NCBI GenBank assembly: GCA_028534125.1
Contig: CM052821.1
Location: forward strand, 53,754,001-53,818,000
DNA: 64,000 bases
Direction of reading: 5' to 3'
DNA from: Lama glama
Lineage: Eukaryota
Position numbers and translations under genes: made by a program. Shown piece by piece: positions 61,033 to 64,000 of this stretch. The stretch's first letter is position 1. Every line of letters begins with the position of its first letter. Under the pieces are notes generated by a model. That model saw only the letters and a program-made list of their open reading frames with translations, was not told where the DNA came from and searched no databases.

Positions 61033-64000
61033 CTGCCACTGCGTGGTTTGGGCTCAGCACCAGGCAGCATGGGCCCGGCACGTAGTAGGCACTTTATAAA
61101 CACTTGTTGGATTGGTTGAATGAATGCAGGCATCGTCATCTCCATTCTTCTGATAAACAAGTTGCAGCTCAGAAAGCCGACATGATTTACCTGGAACTTG
61201 GGGGCTGGCAGGGATGGGATTTGAACTCAAGTCTGTCTGACTCCAAGCAGGGGCTCATGGCGGGTGCCGGTGTGGGAAACGACAAGGGTTTCTGAGTCGG
61301 TCTCCCCTGGCCTGGAATCTGAGTGCTGCCGCTAAGTAGCTGGCTGTTCTAGGCAAGTTATCTCACTGGCCCCAGTTTCCTCATCTGTAAAATGGAAACC
61401 ATGCCTGCCCCTGCCCCCTCCTTGCTGGGGTACTGAAGAAAGAAAAGCCCAGAAGGGCTAGCAGGGCACCCAGCACATCTAGCAAGTGTGCTCTGTAAAT
61501 GCCTCTTATCTGGTGTTGCCCACTGTTGTTTCCAAAGCCGATGGTTTAGGTACCTGAGATGTTGCTGGGTGCCCCCGAGCAAAGGAAGGTGTGCCTGAAT
61601 GCCACGCCTACCGAGCTAGCCCCCTCTCCTGTCTGGCTGGTGCCTCAGTGAGCACTGCTTGCCTGCTGCCCCGCCTGCTGGTTAATTGCTTCCCTCCCAG
61701 GCACCAGCTCCTTGAAGTGGGAGGGGACTTCCATGCCCCTCTATCCCCTGCAGAGGATACTTTGCACACAGTAGGTGCTGAGTGAATGTTTGCTCCCCAA
61801 AGAGCAACACTCACTGTCAACACTCTTTGGCCTAGATGCCAGGTTCACTTTATTGCAAAGAGCAAACTTTCAGATGGAACAGTGGAGATGCAGGCAGAGG
61901 CTCAGCCCAACTTCTACTAAGACAAGGTGTCAGCTTTTACTGCCAACATCAGCAGCAACCTTGGGCATCAGTCTCACGGTGGCAGCCACTCACCTAAGCC
62001 AAGAAACCCCAGCTCCAGAGCTCCAGAGGGCTATGTCACCCAGAGTCCAGGGTAGCCCAGGTGGGACAGCTCAGAGTCCTGAGTGTACATCCCCTGACAC
62101 CTACTGTCCCCATATCAGGCAGACATGACACCACCTGCTCCACAGGGCTACTGCAGGATCCACTCTGGAGGGAAGAGGAGAGTTTGCACACTGCAGCATG
62201 GGGTGTCCTTGTCAGCAGGACCGCAGGACATCGTGCAGGTCACCACCAACTCAGAAACCACTCCTGCCCCCCAAATCCCTCCCACAGGAGAACATTCTAG
62301 TTGATCCCCCAAAGAGCTCTCAGTCCTCAGTGACATCCCAACCCCCACCTCCACCCATCAGGCTCTGGGTTCAAGCTCTAAACCCAGCTTGTTTCCGCAG
62401 TCCCGTCCTGGGCCCCAGCTGGGCCCCCTCTGCCCTCACCCAGGCCTCCGTGAGTGTCACTCTCCTGAGTGCTTGAAGGGGGCACAGCTGCCCTCCTCGT
62501 CTCACAGGTGAGGAAACCGAGGCCCAGGGAGGGGAAAGGTCTGCCTGAGGGCACACAGCTGGGAGAGGCTGGGCTGCAAAGCCCAAGGCTCGGATGCTCT
62601 GCCCCTCTTGGGGCCACACCAGGTCTCAGGGCAAGTGGCTCCCCAGGTTAAGGGGAGGGCGTCACTGAGACCTCGTGAGGCCCTCTGTTCTATCCGTTCT
62701 CCCAAATTATTTGGTTACACCATGGAGATAAAACAACCCTTGGAAATCCCAGGGGCATTTTTTTCCCACTGGAGAAACATAAAAATATCACATGAAGAAT
62801 CAATCACTTCAAGTGTCAGGGCTGGGAGAGGAAAGACAGGCACGCAGGCTGTCGAAGGGCAGCCCGGGATTTCTCTCCCCATTCTCGGAGCCCCGATGCC
62901 AGCCTCCCTCCGTGGGGGGGGGGCCTCGGCCCAAGGGACCCTCTTTCTCTGGGAAGAAGAGAAGCCGGAGCCCAGCCTCAGTTTCCCATCTATAAGTGGG
63001 GGTAACGCACCCACCTTGAGGGGTATTGGGAGGGGCCGAGGAGGTGATGGAGGCATTCATTCATTCATTCCACACCGAGTGTAATGCTGGGTGGCACTGG
63101 CTGGGGACTACAGATACTGGTGGTCTGGACAGACCCGTCCCACCCCTGTAAAGTCCACCTAATTCATACATGCGGTGACTCGGGGCGTCTGAGCTCAGAG
63201 GAGCACCCTGAGCTGGTCTGGGTTGGGGGTGTCCCGGAGAAACAGGAGATCCGACAGGTCCCCAGCTCATCCAGACCAGGTGGGGGGGCCTGGGGAGGGA
63301 GCTTGCCAGCAGGGAACTGGCACATGCAAAGGCCAAGAGGTGGGACAGCACTCCGGGATGGGGAGGAGTCCAGCACAGCAGGAGCGGAAAGAGGAGGGAG
63401 CAGGGAGACAAGGCCAGAGTGGCGGGCGAGGCCCGGTGAGTGCTCCCGGCACATAGTAGGTGCTGATGGGCCTCTGCGGGGCCCACCCCCACAGCTCACG
63501 AGGACCACCATAAACGGGGTCTCAGCCCTCTCAGGTGAGGAAGGGGCGGGAAGCAGAGCAGAGGACAAGTGAGGGGGGGACAGGAGAGCCATCTGAACCA
63601 CCTACTGTGTGCCGGGACTTCTGTGCAGGTAGATCTTATGTCTGAATCTGACGAGTGAGGGGAGGGAGGGAGGGAGGCACTGGCCCATACTCGCAGGGGC
63701 CGGCCATGACCCTGAGGGGGCCCCGGGGTCTGTCTTCCCCGTCCTCTGGCTGGCCACGCTGGACTGGCCAGCAGGGTGTGCATCTAGGGCAGCTGGGTGG
63801 GAAGAGGAGATGGGAACGGGCTCCAGGTCATCAGGGCAGGGCCCCGAGGGCAGCTGAATCTGGGGAAGAGCTTGAAGGGAGAATGGGAGGAGGGAAAGGG
63901 GGCTGGAGTCGGTCCAGGTGGGACCGGCATGCCCCTCCCTCCACTTCCTCTGTTCTCCCTCACTGGTCCATACAGCATGGAGCTTGTCCCAGCATCTGAG

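Noticed and set aside
55700-64000. SHISAL1 non-coding first exon or promoter
   Set aside because: No convincing CpG island or exon/donor could be identified by eye. It is probably beyond the window.

Overview
Mammalian genomic DNA, GC-rich and repeat-dense. It is most likely camelid (camel/alpaca), judged from the tRNA-derived SINE and the young L1 3' ends; that taxonomic call is from recall, not a search. The window is dominated by one minus-strand gene, SHISAL1 (KIAA1644, Shisa-like 1). Its whole CDS can be rebuilt by hand from four exons: 54633-54570, 51082-50869, 41463-41146, and a single base at 9552. The splice sites are canonical GT-AG with compatible phases, and the product is 198 aa (signal peptide, Cys-rich Shisa-type ectodomain, one TM helix, Pro-rich tail). 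The TGA stop is split TG|A across a ~31.6 kb intron. The last exon is otherwise a ~6 kb 3'UTR ending near AATAAA at 3601-3596. The non-coding first exon and promoter are not evident and probably lie beyond the right edge. The rest is intronic or flanking DNA with L1, L2, MIR, MLT/ERVL LTRs, MER DNA transposons, microsatellites, three N gaps and several candidate non-coding regulatory islands. I see no evidence for a wholly new gene system. The most interesting points are post-transcriptional: the split stop with its one-residue read-through alternative, a uORF whose stop overlaps the start codon, and a CPE overlapping the poly(A) signal. Repeat boundaries and subfamily names are approximate, by-eye calls.
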